Source of the DNA: an uncultured Treponema sp.
GTDB lineage: Bacteria > Spirochaetota > Spirochaetia > Treponematales > Treponemataceae
DNA: 64,000 nucleotides
Assembly (NCBI GenBank): GCA_946540605.1
Contig: CAMNIU010000195.1
Location: 43 to 64,042, forward strand
Reading direction: 5' to 3'
Position numbers and translations under genes: made by a program. The notes below the pieces were generated by a model that was given only the letters and a program-made list of their open reading frames with translations, did no database searches and was not told the origin of the DNA. This document shows, piece by piece, positions 21,537 through 30,332 of this stretch. The first letter of the stretch is position 1, and each line of letters opens with the position of its first letter.

Positions 21537-22387
21537 TTGAAAAAGATAAAGGCAGATTAGAGGTTCTTGCACGAATTGAAGAATATGAAAAAAAAGGCTG
21601 GTTTTCGAAAGATGTTGAAGAAGACCCGCCAACAATTCCTCTTACTCCAGATAAGGTTGATTATCTTAATAAAAAATTAAAAAATAAGATTGCAACCTTC
21701 TTTGTAAATATTGGTGCAAAAAGATTTATTAAGAATCTGGTAAAAAACGGCCAGATGATTATTAAAGACGTAAAAGGAATTGAAAACTTTGAAGCGATTC
21801 AAAAGTCAGGTGCAATTCTTACCTGTAATCACTTTAATCCTTTTGATAATTTTGCCATTCATTATGTACTTTTTAAGTATATGTATAAGCCTGGAAAACA
21901 GATTTTGTATAAGGTAATCCGTGAAGGAAATTATACAAACTTTCCAGGTATTTACGGATTTTTCTTCCGCCACTGTAATACCCTTCCTTTGAGTGCTAAT
22001 TTTTCTACAATGAAAAATTTTATGGCAGCAATGAAGACACTTCTTGAAAGAGGAGAAAAAGTTCTTGTTTATGCAGAACAGGGAATGTGGTGGAACTACA
22101 GAAAGCCGCGTCCTCTTACAGCCGGTGCCTTTAAGTTTGCAGCAGAAAGTAAAGTACCGGTTCTTCCTATTTTTATCACAATGAATGATTCAGACAAAAT
22201 TGGAGGAGACGGTTTCCCTATTCAGGAATATACCCTTCACTTTTTGCCTGCAATCTATCCGGATGAATCAAAAACTGTAAAAGAAAACATGGCAATCATG
22301 AAAGACAAGAACTATGAGATGTGGAAGGAAGTTTACGAAACGACTTACGGCATTCCACTCACCTACTCATGCAACACTGCTGAATAA
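21533..22387 (+). CDS. Lysophospholipid/glycerolipid acyltransferase (PlsC superfamily)
   Basis: CNHFNPFD (HX4D), VYAEQGMW, GAFKFA...VPVLP. Confidence 0.85.
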   Translation: MIEKDKGRLEVLARIEEYEKKGWFSKDVEEDPPTIPLTPDKVDYLNKKLKNKIATFFVNIGAKRFIKNLVKNGQMIIKDVKGIENFEAIQKSGAILTCNHFNPFDNFAIHYVLFKYMYKPGKQILYKVIREGNYTNFPGIYGFFFRHCNTLPLSANFSTMKNFMAAMKTLLERGEKVLVYAEQGMWWNYRKPRPLTAGAFKFAAESKVPVLPIFITMNDSDKIGGDGFPIQEYTLHFLPAIYPDESKTVKENMAIMKDKNYEMWKEVYETTYGIPLTYSCNTAE

Positions 22388-22405
22388 TGAGGAATTGGGA
22401 CATTT

Positions 22406-22996
22406 ATGTTACTTTATATTCTGACAATCGGCATTACAATGATTCTTGTTTTTTTGGGTAATTATTTCTGGTTTCCCATTGAATATTCACTTGTAAAGAT
22501 TTTACTTTTAGATCTAATGCTTCCATTTTTGATGGTTGCCTGGGATGGAATTTCTGCTACTTTTATTCGCCATGCATTGCCAAATAAATGGTTTACAAAG
22601 GATGTAAAATTTCATCATGTAAGCAAATTTGAATGTAAAGTTTATGAATTGCTTGGAATAAAATACTGGAAAGATCATGTTCTTGAACTTGGAATGTTTA
22701 CAAGTTTCAGTAAGAAAAAAGTTGCAAATCCAAATGATCCGGCTTATGTAGAACGCTTCATTATGGAATGTAATTATGGAGTACAGGTTCATCTGTGGAA
22801 CTTTATTCTGGGGTTTATTCCAATGCTTTTTTTTCCAAATGATATTGCAATCCGATTTATTTTACCTGCTGCAATAGCTAACTCAATTTTGAGCATTCTT
22901 CCACTTATGATTTTGCGATATAATGTTCCTAGACTTGAGAGACTTTTAGCAGTTCTTGAGAAGAAAGCAGCAAGAAACGCAAAAACTGAAAAATAA
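22406..22996 (+). CDS. CrtO-like (glycosyl-4,4'-diaponeurosporenoate acyltransferase family) membrane protein
   Basis: YELLGIKYWKD, FIMECNYGVQVH, LPLMILRYNVPRL resemble CrtO-family motifs; multiple TM segments. Confidence 0.6.
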   Translation: MLLYILTIGITMILVFLGNYFWFPIEYSLVKILLLDLMLPFLMVAWDGISATFIRHALPNKWFTKDVKFHHVSKFECKVYELLGIKYWKDHVLELGMFTSFSKKKVANPNDPAYVERFIMECNYGVQVHLWNFILGFIPMLFFPNDIAIRFILPAAIANSILSILPLMILRYNVPRLERLLAVLEKKAARNAKTEK

Positions 22997-23002
22997 AGAT
23001 CA

Positions 23003-23024
23003 TCTTCGGGCTTGTCCCCGAAGA
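23003..23024. terminator. Hairpin between convergent genes; degenerate REP-like copy
   Basis: TCTTCGGG-CTTGTC-CCCGAAGA; resembles the reverse complement of the GATTGTCGGGTCAAGCCCGACAATGAC repeat at 57621. Confidence 0.5.
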
Positions 23025-23025
23025 G

Positions 23026-24060
23026 TTATTTTCCAACATCCTTTCCACGTATTCCAAAATTCTGTTGTCTTTCCCGTACTTCCTGTATCAGTTGATTATC
23101 CTTTTCAAGTAAATCAATCAACTCCCAGTGCCAGTCTAAATTGCTTTCTGGAAATAAAGCAGGTGCATCCGGCTTACGACTTGCATTTGCCTCTTTTACA
23201 ATTTCAATTAAATCGGCAAAACTATCTTTGTCAACAAGACGTTTCATATAAGGTTCTTCGTTTTTTGTAAAAACAGAACCTTCATCATTAAAAAGGTAAT
23301 CTTCAGATTTGTATGCAAAAGGTTTTACAGTATTACGAACATTTTTGCTTTGTCCGGTAACACAACTATAATTTGCATTACAGCTATTTATATGTTTTGG
23401 AATCTGATATGAATCTTCATTATAAGTAAAGTTTACATAATCATTGGAATAATCCATATAAGTCTGCCAGTATCTTACATCGTATAATTTTTCGCCATCA
23501 ATAATATAACCAGAAATATTGGCAGGAACAGTCTGTGGACTAACCTGAAAGCCCTTAGATGGAGCAATTCCACGATAGAAATTCCAGTTTGTATTCTGGA
23601 TAATGCCGGACTCTTCATCAGAATATTTTTCGAAATATGATAAATACATATTATCATTCAAGATAAAGAATGGAATAGTATTAAACTGACTCCTTGAATA
23701 AACAAGATTGACCGAACCATAAAGTGAGTTCGGAGTAGCTTTTGTGTTTATCTTCTGAAGTTTTATACTTTCTGCTTTTCGAGTTGTTGCAGAATTTCTG
23801 GTTCGAGCTTCAGCTTCTGCATAAGAATCTGGTTCAGCAGCCCGGTCAAGATACCATCCGTAATACGTTTTAAGAACAACAACCAATTCGGGCTGATTAT
23901 CATCATTTTGTTCAAAAAATACATAACGGTCTTTTGATTCCCAAATGCCTAAAAGTTTATCTGGAATAGATTGCGCAAAAAGATTTATCGAAATAAAAAT
24001 AAAGAAGATTTGTAATAATACCTTTTTCAATTTATGAGTATCAGAAAATAATCGTTTCAT
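23026..24060 (-). CDS. Exported hypothetical protein
   Basis: 344-aa ORF with signal peptide (…ISINLFA|Q) and SD GCAGGTG. Confidence 0.75.
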   Translation of the reverse strand: MKRLFSDTHKLKKVLLQIFFIFISINLFAQSIPDKLLGIWESKDRYVFFEQNDDNQPELVVVLKTYYGWYLDRAAEPDSYAEAEARTRNSATTRKAESIKLQKINTKATPNSLYGSVNLVYSRSQFNTIPFFILNDNMYLSYFEKYSDEESGIIQNTNWNFYRGIAPSKGFQVSPQTVPANISGYIIDGEKLYDVRYWQTYMDYSNDYVNFTYNEDSYQIPKHINSCNANYSCVTGQSKNVRNTVKPFAYKSEDYLFNDEGSVFTKNEEPYMKRLVDKDSFADLIEIVKEANASRKPDAPALFPESNLDWHWELIDLLEKDNQLIQEVRERQQNFGIRGKDVGK

Positions 24061-24283
24061 AATTACACCTGCAATAATTCACTTACATTTTTATAATGCA
24101 CAAATGAATTATTCGTTACGCAGCTCCATTTTTAAGTACAGCAAAAGTTGTTTTTGTTTCTCCGATATTCTTTTTTTACATGAATAGTAACATTTAATTA
24201 TTTAAGATTATTTTTGAATTATTTTTAAATATATATAAATTATATAACATCATTTTATTTTTTTCCAATTATTTTTTTTGTTT

Positions 24284-24300
24284 TTGTGAAAATTTCACAA
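24284..24300. promoter_or_regulatory. Palindromic operator-like site TTGTGAAAATTTCACAA
   Basis: Perfect 8-bp arms around 1 nt; resembles Rex/CRP boxes but 1 bp shorter. Confidence 0.4.
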
Positions 24301-24368
24301 AATTATTATGAGTTTAAGATACAAAATATTTTTTTTCATTACACTCCCCAAAATAATTATTTTGAAAA

Positions 24369-24405
24369 ATTTGTGACAAATGTCATCGAAAAATAACCAA
24401 GGTTA
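24369..24405. promoter_or_regulatory. Paired palindromic boxes upstream of gspD
   Basis: ATTTGTGACAAATGTCA (24369-24385) and AAAATAACCAAGGTTA (24390-24405); both recur at 56229-56330. Confidence 0.65.
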
Positions 24406-24439
24406 CTAATATTATTGGGAGCTTTATACATAGGGAGGT

Positions 24440-24468
24440 TTGACTTTTTAATTGCACTATTTTAATAT
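24440..24468 (+). promoter_or_regulatory. sigma70-type promoter of gspDEF (probably leaderless)
   Basis: TTGACT-17 bp-TAATAT, 6 nt before ATG 24475; no SD next to the ATG. Confidence 0.5.
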
Positions 24469-24474
24469 ATATAT

Positions 24475-26637
24475 ATGAAGAAAGTTTTATTTTCCTTTAT
24501 ATTGTTTTTTTCTTGTACTTTTTTATTTTCACAAAACATCAAAAGTATGGAGTTTCATAACCAGAATATAACCGATATTCTTCTAGTTTTGGCAGAATCC
24601 AGCGGGGTTTCTATTATTCCAGATGAGACGGTTTCCGGGAAAGCTTCGTTTTATTTTTCTGAATCTTCACTTGAAGATGCTCTTACACGTTTTTTATCTA
24701 CATACAAGCTTTATTTTGAAAAGAAAGATAATTATATAACGGTTTCTAAAATTAAAATTTCCCATAACAAAGAAGCAGGTCTTACTTCTCTCAAAGCAGA
24801 CAATGTTGATATTGGAATAGTATTGAGAAAGCTATCTGATAAAATCGGAAAAACGATTCTTTATGATACTCTTCCTACAGCTTCTATTTCCCTTGATATT
24901 GATAATCTTCCAGTCCAGGATATTCTTGAAATCTGTATAAAAAAATATCCTGATTATTCTGTTGAAACTGCAGATTCATATTATTACGTTAAACGTAATG
25001 TTGAAAAACAAGGTGGAACAAAAAGCAGTAATGGAACTGCCTTAAAGAAGAACGGTTCATTATATACCCTTAATCTTGATAAAGGACGTTTTCTGGAAAT
25101 TCTCACAAAACTTTTTAATCTTGAACAGGTAGAATATTCTCTGTTTGTTCAGGCAGATACTCAACTTGAAAATCTATATTTTACAGACAAAGATTTTCAT
25201 ACAATGCTTCATTTAATTCTTGAACAGGGAAATGCAGATTATATCGAGAAAAATGGGATTTTTTATATAATAGACCTCCAGAAAAAAGGAATCTCAGGCA
25301 AATTAAAAACAACAGAAATCATCAATTTAAGATGGATTTCTTCTCAGGATATTACTCCTTTAATTCCTTCTGAACTCGCCTCATCTTCAGTTATGAAAGT
25401 TGATAAAAATAATAATGCATTACTCCTTACTGGGACAAAGGAAGAAATAGAACCTTTAAGAAATTTCATTGAAAAGGTTGATACTCCAATGGGAGGCATG
25501 AAATACATAAAGATTGATTTAAAATACATCAACGCGAAAGAAACAGTTTCTCTCATTCCCGCAAAAATGGTTCAGCAACCTCCTGTTGTAATTCCTGGAA
25601 CAAACTCCCTGCTTGCATCAGGAACTGATGAAACCTTAAATATTCTTACAGATTTTATAAATAGTATCGATAAGAAAAAAACAGGTACACCTATTAAACT
25701 AAAGTACATTCAGGCAGAAACTCTTCTTAAAAACATTCCACCTTCAATTAATAAAGAAGATATTATTGATTCTGGTTTTCCTAATCTTTTATTCTATACA
25801 GGTTCAGAAGAGAACAAAGAACTCTTACAGCATGAATTAAGTTTAATTGATAAACCTCATCCACAAATTAAATATCAGCTACTCGTAATTCAATATACAG
25901 ACGGTACCTCATCTGCAATTAAACCAACTTTTACTTTTAACCCGGATAATGAAAACAGAAGTGAAAGTTTTATCTTTAATGGAGAGCTTTCAAATATTAT
26001 GAATCTAAATTTTGATATAATATCAAAATTCGGATATCAATTTGCGGCAAATCTAAATGCTCGAATTACAGAAAATACTGCAAATGTATTTACTGATACA
26101 ACGCTTACTGCACTTTCTGGACAGGAAGTAAAATTCCAGAATACAGATACATATCGTTACATTGAATATAACTATGACAGTACCTCTACAACCCGTTCAA
26201 GTACAACTCAGCAGATTACATCAGGTCTTATTGTTGGACTCAACGGTTGGGTTTCTGGCGATAATATGATTACAATGTCCGTTAATGCTACTGTTTCAAA
26301 ACAAAACAGTGACAGTGGTTCATCAACTTCAACAACTCTCCCATCAACATCTGAAAGAGTTGTAACGACTCAGGTTAGAACAATGTCTGGCGAACCAGTA
26401 GTTATCAGTGGTTTAATCAAAGAAGATATTTCAGAAACAGAGAGTCGTGTTCCAGGTCTTGGAAAACTTCCAGGGTTAGGCCGACTTTTTAAGCATACTT
26501 CTAAATCCAAGGAAAAAACAGAAATTGTTATTTATATAGTTCCTCATTTAATTCAGGATACAGGAAACTCAGATAACAATTCACTAAATATCGAACGATA
26601 CTATCAGAAATTCTTAGGACAGCAATATGTACGCTAA
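24475..26637 (+). CDS. gspD: Type II secretion secretin (GspD/PilQ family)
   Basis: Signal peptide; N-domain repeats (INLRWI, IDLKYINA, IKLKYIQA); secretin C-terminus TTQVRTMSGEPVVISGLI...RVPGLGKLPGLGRLF...EIVIYIVPH. Confidence 0.9.
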   Translation: MKKVLFSFILFFSCTFLFSQNIKSMEFHNQNITDILLVLAESSGVSIIPDETVSGKASFYFSESSLEDALTRFLSTYKLYFEKKDNYITVSKIKISHNKEAGLTSLKADNVDIGIVLRKLSDKIGKTILYDTLPTASISLDIDNLPVQDILEICIKKYPDYSVETADSYYYVKRNVEKQGGTKSSNGTALKKNGSLYTLNLDKGRFLEILTKLFNLEQVEYSLFVQADTQLENLYFTDKDFHTMLHLILEQGNADYIEKNGIFYIIDLQKKGISGKLKTTEIINLRWISSQDITPLIPSELASSSVMKVDKNNNALLLTGTKEEIEPLRNFIEKVDTPMGGMKYIKIDLKYINAKETVSLIPAKMVQQPPVVIPGTNSLLASGTDETLNILTDFINSIDKKKTGTPIKLKYIQAETLLKNIPPSINKEDIIDSGFPNLLFYTGSEENKELLQHELSLIDKPHPQIKYQLLVIQYTDGTSSAIKPTFTFNPDNENRSESFIFNGELSNIMNLNFDIISKFGYQFAANLNARITENTANVFTDTTLTALSGQEVKFQNTDTYRYIEYNYDSTSTTRSSTTQQITSGLIVGLNGWVSGDNMITMSVNATVSKQNSDSGSSTSTTLPSTSERVVTTQVRTMSGEPVVISGLIKEDISETESRVPGLGKLPGLGRLFKHTSKSKEKTEIVIYIVPHLIQDTGNSDNNSLNIERYYQKFLGQQYVR

Positions 26638-28006
26638 TGATGTAATCAGTATTAAGGCATTCTCAAATATTCCTGTTGATAATGAACAGTATTCAATGGA
26701 ATTTATTGAGCGTAATCATGCTATTGTTCTTGAAATTAATGATAATAATATAACTGTAGGTATAACAGACAAAACAAGTGAAAATACAATTTCCACAATT
26801 AGAGGCTATCATTCCGGAAATATAACTTTTGTTTATATTGATTCTGTTGAACTTTCTTCCTGGCTTGGAAATAAAATGGGAGAAGCGAATAATCTCCCTG
26901 AATCAAATCTAAATAATCAAGCTGATGAAACAACTTTGCTGGACAAGATGGCTAATGATGCCCCAACAGTAAATCTTGTAAACAGTATTTGTATTGATGC
27001 AATCAGAATGAAGGCTTCTGATATTCATATTGAAGCCGGTGTAAAAACAGCAAAAGTCCGCTACAGAATTGATGGTGTGCTTCAGACTGTAAAGACAATA
27101 GAAAACGAAAGATTTGCTGCCGTTTCTTCCCGTATTAAAATCATGGCAAATCTAAATATTCTTGAAAAACGCCAACCACAAGATGGACGTATTACAGTTT
27201 CTATTAATGGTGAGAATATTGATTTTCGTGTTTCCATTATTCCTGTTACTGGCGGAGAATCAATTGTAATGCGTATTTTGGGAACTAACACAGCTCCTGA
27301 TAATCTTGATTTATTAGGCTTTAATCCAAAGCAGCTTTCAACAATTCGTGAAATGATGAAGATTCCACACGGTCTTATTCTTGTAACTGGTCCTACAGGA
27401 AGCGGAAAGACAACAACCTTGAATGCAATGATGAAAGAACTCGTTTCTGATGAAATAAAAATTGTTTCAATAGAAGACCCGGTTGAATTTATAGTTGAAG
27501 GTGTAAATCAGATTCAGATAAATGAACAGATAAATCTCGGCTTTGATTCAATTTTAAGAAGAGTTTTACGACAAGACCCTAACATAATAATGGTGGGAGA
27601 AATCCGTGATAAAGCAACTGCAGAACTGTCCGTAAGAGCGGCCTTAACCGGACACCTTGTTCTTTCTACCTTACATACAAACGATGCGGCCTCAGTAATT
27701 CCTCGCCTCATTAACATGGGAATTGAACCTTATCTGATTGCTGCTGTATTAAAAGGTGCAATTGCACAGCGACTTGTCCGAAAACTTTCTCCAAATAAAA
27801 AAACATTTTCCGGACGAACAGTTATTTCAGAAACCCTAAAAATGGATTCGGGACTTGAAGAAATTATTGAGCATGGTGCCAATCAGAATGAAATAATAAA
27901 GTATCTTAACAAAAATAAAATGCAGTTCTTAAAAGATGATGCAGAAGAAAAAATCGAAATGGGAATAACAACCCGCCAGGAAGCAGAACGAGAAGTTATG
28001 CTTTAG
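26627..28006 (+). CDS. gspE: Type II secretion ATPase GspE/PilB family
   Basis: ASDIHIE, RQPQDGR, Walker A GPTGSGKTT, IEDPVE, LRQDPNIIMVGEIRD, TGHLVLSTLHT. Confidence 0.95.
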   Translation: MYANDVISIKAFSNIPVDNEQYSMEFIERNHAIVLEINDNNITVGITDKTSENTISTIRGYHSGNITFVYIDSVELSSWLGNKMGEANNLPESNLNNQADETTLLDKMANDAPTVNLVNSICIDAIRMKASDIHIEAGVKTAKVRYRIDGVLQTVKTIENERFAAVSSRIKIMANLNILEKRQPQDGRITVSINGENIDFRVSIIPVTGGESIVMRILGTNTAPDNLDLLGFNPKQLSTIREMMKIPHGLILVTGPTGSGKTTTLNAMMKELVSDEIKIVSIEDPVEFIVEGVNQIQINEQINLGFDSILRRVLRQDPNIIMVGEIRDKATAELSVRAALTGHLVLSTLHTNDAASVIPRLINMGIEPYLIAAVLKGAIAQRLVRKLSPNKKTFSGRTVISETLKMDSGLEEIIEHGANQNEIIKYLNKNKMQFLKDDAEEKIEMGITTRQEAEREVML

Positions 28007-28016
28007 GAGGCCCAAA

Positions 28017-29213
28017 ATTAACAGCTATAAATGTATTGTTTCAGATAAATCAGGCAAAATCTCTACAATTATAAAAGAAGGTGCTTCTGCTGAAGATGTT
28101 TCTAATTCTTTTTTAAATTCTTCGTTTATTCCTTTAGAAATAACACAAATTCATAAAAAATCATCTAAATCAAGAATTAAAAAAAATGAAAAAAAAGTTT
28201 TAGAGTTTACACAGATTATGGAACAGCTTATTAACTCCGGACTTTCTGTTAAAGATGCACTCGAAATAAGCTCATTGATAAACAAAAAGAATGATAATAT
28301 ATCAAACATATTATACCAGCAGATTCAAAAAGGAACTTCTTTTGCAAATGCTGTAAATCAAATGGATAACATTTTTCCATCTGTATACCGAGGAATTATT
28401 TCTGTTGGAGATAAGGTTGGTTCTGTTGAAAAGATTTTTCCCCGTCTCCGTTTATACCTTGAAACTCAGAAGAAATTGAAAGACAAATTGACGGGGGCTA
28501 TGCTTTACCCTTTAATAGTTCTTATTACAGCATTTTTAGTTTTCATTGCAATGATTTTTTTTGTTTTTCCAAAATTAAAAATGATGTTTCTTGAATTTGG
28601 GGGAGAAGCCGCATCACTTCTTGAAAAGAATATTTCCAGAATGGAAACTGGATTTATCGTATTTTTCATTATAATTCTGTTAATAGTGGTAGCAATAATT
28701 GCATTAAAAATTACCGCAAAGACAAATAAATCTCTCAAGTTATTTTTAGACTCTTTTATTTTACATATTCCTCTTTTAGGAAAGTTTCTTACATATCTGG
28801 AAACCCTACACTTCTCTTTTGCAATGGAAACTTTGATTTCTGGAGGTATTACAATCGAAGATTCCATTCAGGAATCAGAATTTGTTCTTACCAATAGTGC
28901 TTATAAAGATGCACTGGAAGATGTTAGAAACAGAATCACTAGAGGAGAATCTTTATCAGATGCTTTTTCTATTCACGAAAAAATCTTTCCAGATTACATG
29001 ATTAAATGGATGATGGTCGGAGAAAAATCCGGAAAACCAGAACATGTTTTTTCTCAGCTACGCAACTATTTCCAAAACGAAATAGACTTATACACAACTA
29101 AGTTTATGGCATTAATTGAACCGGCACTGATTATCTTAATTGGGCTTTTCCTGATTGTTCTTATAATCAATGTAATTGTGCCGGTATTCTCTTTGTATGG
29201 GTCGATATTATAG
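28017..29213 (+). CDS. gspF: Type II secretion inner-membrane platform protein GspF/PilC; probable ATT start
   Basis: Two T2SSF repeats (GLSVKDAL...GTSFANA...GDKVGSV; GESLSDAF...VGEKSG; IEPALI). The frame stays open 67 codons upstream of ATG 28218 to ATT 28017, 6 nt after AGGAGG, and encodes a typical YKCIVSDKSGK N-terminus. Confidence 0.88.
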   Translation: MNSYKCIVSDKSGKISTIIKEGASAEDVSNSFLNSSFIPLEITQIHKKSSKSRIKKNEKKVLEFTQIMEQLINSGLSVKDALEISSLINKKNDNISNILYQQIQKGTSFANAVNQMDNIFPSVYRGIISVGDKVGSVEKIFPRLRLYLETQKKLKDKLTGAMLYPLIVLITAFLVFIAMIFFVFPKLKMMFLEFGGEAASLLEKNISRMETGFIVFFIIILLIVVAIIALKITAKTNKSLKLFLDSFILHIPLLGKFLTYLETLHFSFAMETLISGGITIEDSIQESEFVLTNSAYKDALEDVRNRITRGESLSDAFSIHEKIFPDYMIKWMMVGEKSGKPEHVFSQLRNYFQNEIDLYTTKFMALIEPALIILIGLFLIVLIINVIVPVFSLYGSIL

Positions 29214-29225
29214 ACCTGTAAAAAA

Positions 29226-29684
29226 TTACCATATACCTTCAAATAATTTATTTACAATAAGCCCCAAACAAGTTCCCACAAACATCATAGGAACAAACGG
29301 AATTCTTACTTCTTTTATACTTTTTGAACCTGAACGTATTTTTATAATCAAAAAAATCAAGAGACCTGCAAAAGAAGCCATCAGCGCAGAAAAAATAAAA
29401 CCTGGCACGCCGGATACTAAACCACAGAAAAGGCTGTAATGAATATCTCCCCAGCCAAGACCTTTATGAGCAATTAATCGTACAAGAATGAATATCAAAA
29501 ATAATATCAAACTTCCAAGAAGATTATTTATAAATAATTTGGGGGACTTCAGAAGATATAAAACAACACAAAAACCAATTCCGACATAGTTTATAATAAT
29601 TGATATATGCATTGTTCTTAAATCCATATAAGAATTAATCAGTGAAACTATAATAAAAATACCAAGAATCAGTTTTATAAACAT
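29226..29684 (-). CDS. gspO: Prepilin peptidase (A24), short form without methyltransferase domain
   Basis: Catalytic Asp motifs YMDLR and GLGWGDI; C-terminal IPFVPMM; only 152 aa. Confidence 0.85.
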   Translation of the reverse strand: MFIKLILGIFIIVSLINSYMDLRTMHISIIINYVGIGFCVVLYLLKSPKLFINNLLGSLILFLIFILVRLIAHKGLGWGDIHYSLFCGLVSGVPGFIFSALMASFAGLLIFLIIKIRSGSKSIKEVRIPFVPMMFVGTCLGLIVNKLFEGIW

Positions 29685-30331
29685 TATTGTTTTATAATTC
29701 TTTTTTGAATAGCAGGATCATAAGAAAGAGTCAGAGCCTTCTTAAGATAGAGCTGCTCGTTTTCTATATCAGAATAACCGTCCTTATAAATATCAGCAAG
29801 AAGAAGGTATATATAGGAATCAATGTAGCCAGCATCCAAAATATCAGTCGCAATTTTCAATGCGTTATCGTAATCTGTTTTTAGAACACATATTACTGCA
29901 CGCAGATAATTAACACTCAGATAATTACCACCAGCAAGTTCTGCACGCGTAAGATAAGTTTCTGCATCTGCATATTTTTTTTGTTCTACCATTGATTCTG
30001 CTAGATTGATTAATTCAGCATTGGAATACATACGTAAATAAATTACTTGTGAAGGATTTGTATAAGTAAAAGAAAATGACTTTTCTTCGTACCCATTCTT
30101 TTTTGCTGTTAATTCATATTGTTTTTCGAGCTCCATAGCAGACAAGGTAAAATGCCCATAAATATCAGATACAGCATTTTTTTGATCATTGATATAAATC
30201 TCCACGTCGCTTACAGCTTCATTATCACCATCATAAATCATTCCCTGAACTACTGGTAAAGTGTGTTTTGTTGTTTGACAGGCACTTAAAAAGAGCAAAC
30301 TACTTATTAAAACATAAATACTTTTTTTCAT
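29684..30331 (-). CDS. Lipoprotein with carboxypeptidase-regulatory-like Ig domain and TPR (candidate pilotin)
   Basis: SD AGGAAG then MKKSIYVLISSLLFLSA|C; VQGMIYD...VSDVEIYI...SDIYGHF...AKKNGYE; TPR-like helices. Confidence 0.65.
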   Translation of the reverse strand: MKKSIYVLISSLLFLSACQTTKHTLPVVQGMIYDGDNEAVSDVEIYINDQKNAVSDIYGHFTLSAMELEKQYELTAKKNGYEEKSFSFTYTNPSQVIYLRMYSNAELINLAESMVEQKKYADAETYLTRAELAGGNYLSVNYLRAVICVLKTDYDNALKIATDILDAGYIDSYIYLLLADIYKDGYSDIENEQLYLKKALTLSYDPAIQKRIIKQ

Positions 30332-30332
30332 A

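Noticed and set aside
22406-22996. Carotenoid (staphyloxanthin-type) biosynthesis
   Set aside because: Only a CrtO-like gene is present; no crtM/N/P/Q in the window
24100-24200. Possible gene remnant (KNIGETKTTFAVLKNGAA*) on the minus strand at the left locus edge
   Set aside because: Too short, bounded by an upstream in-frame stop, no recognisable homology
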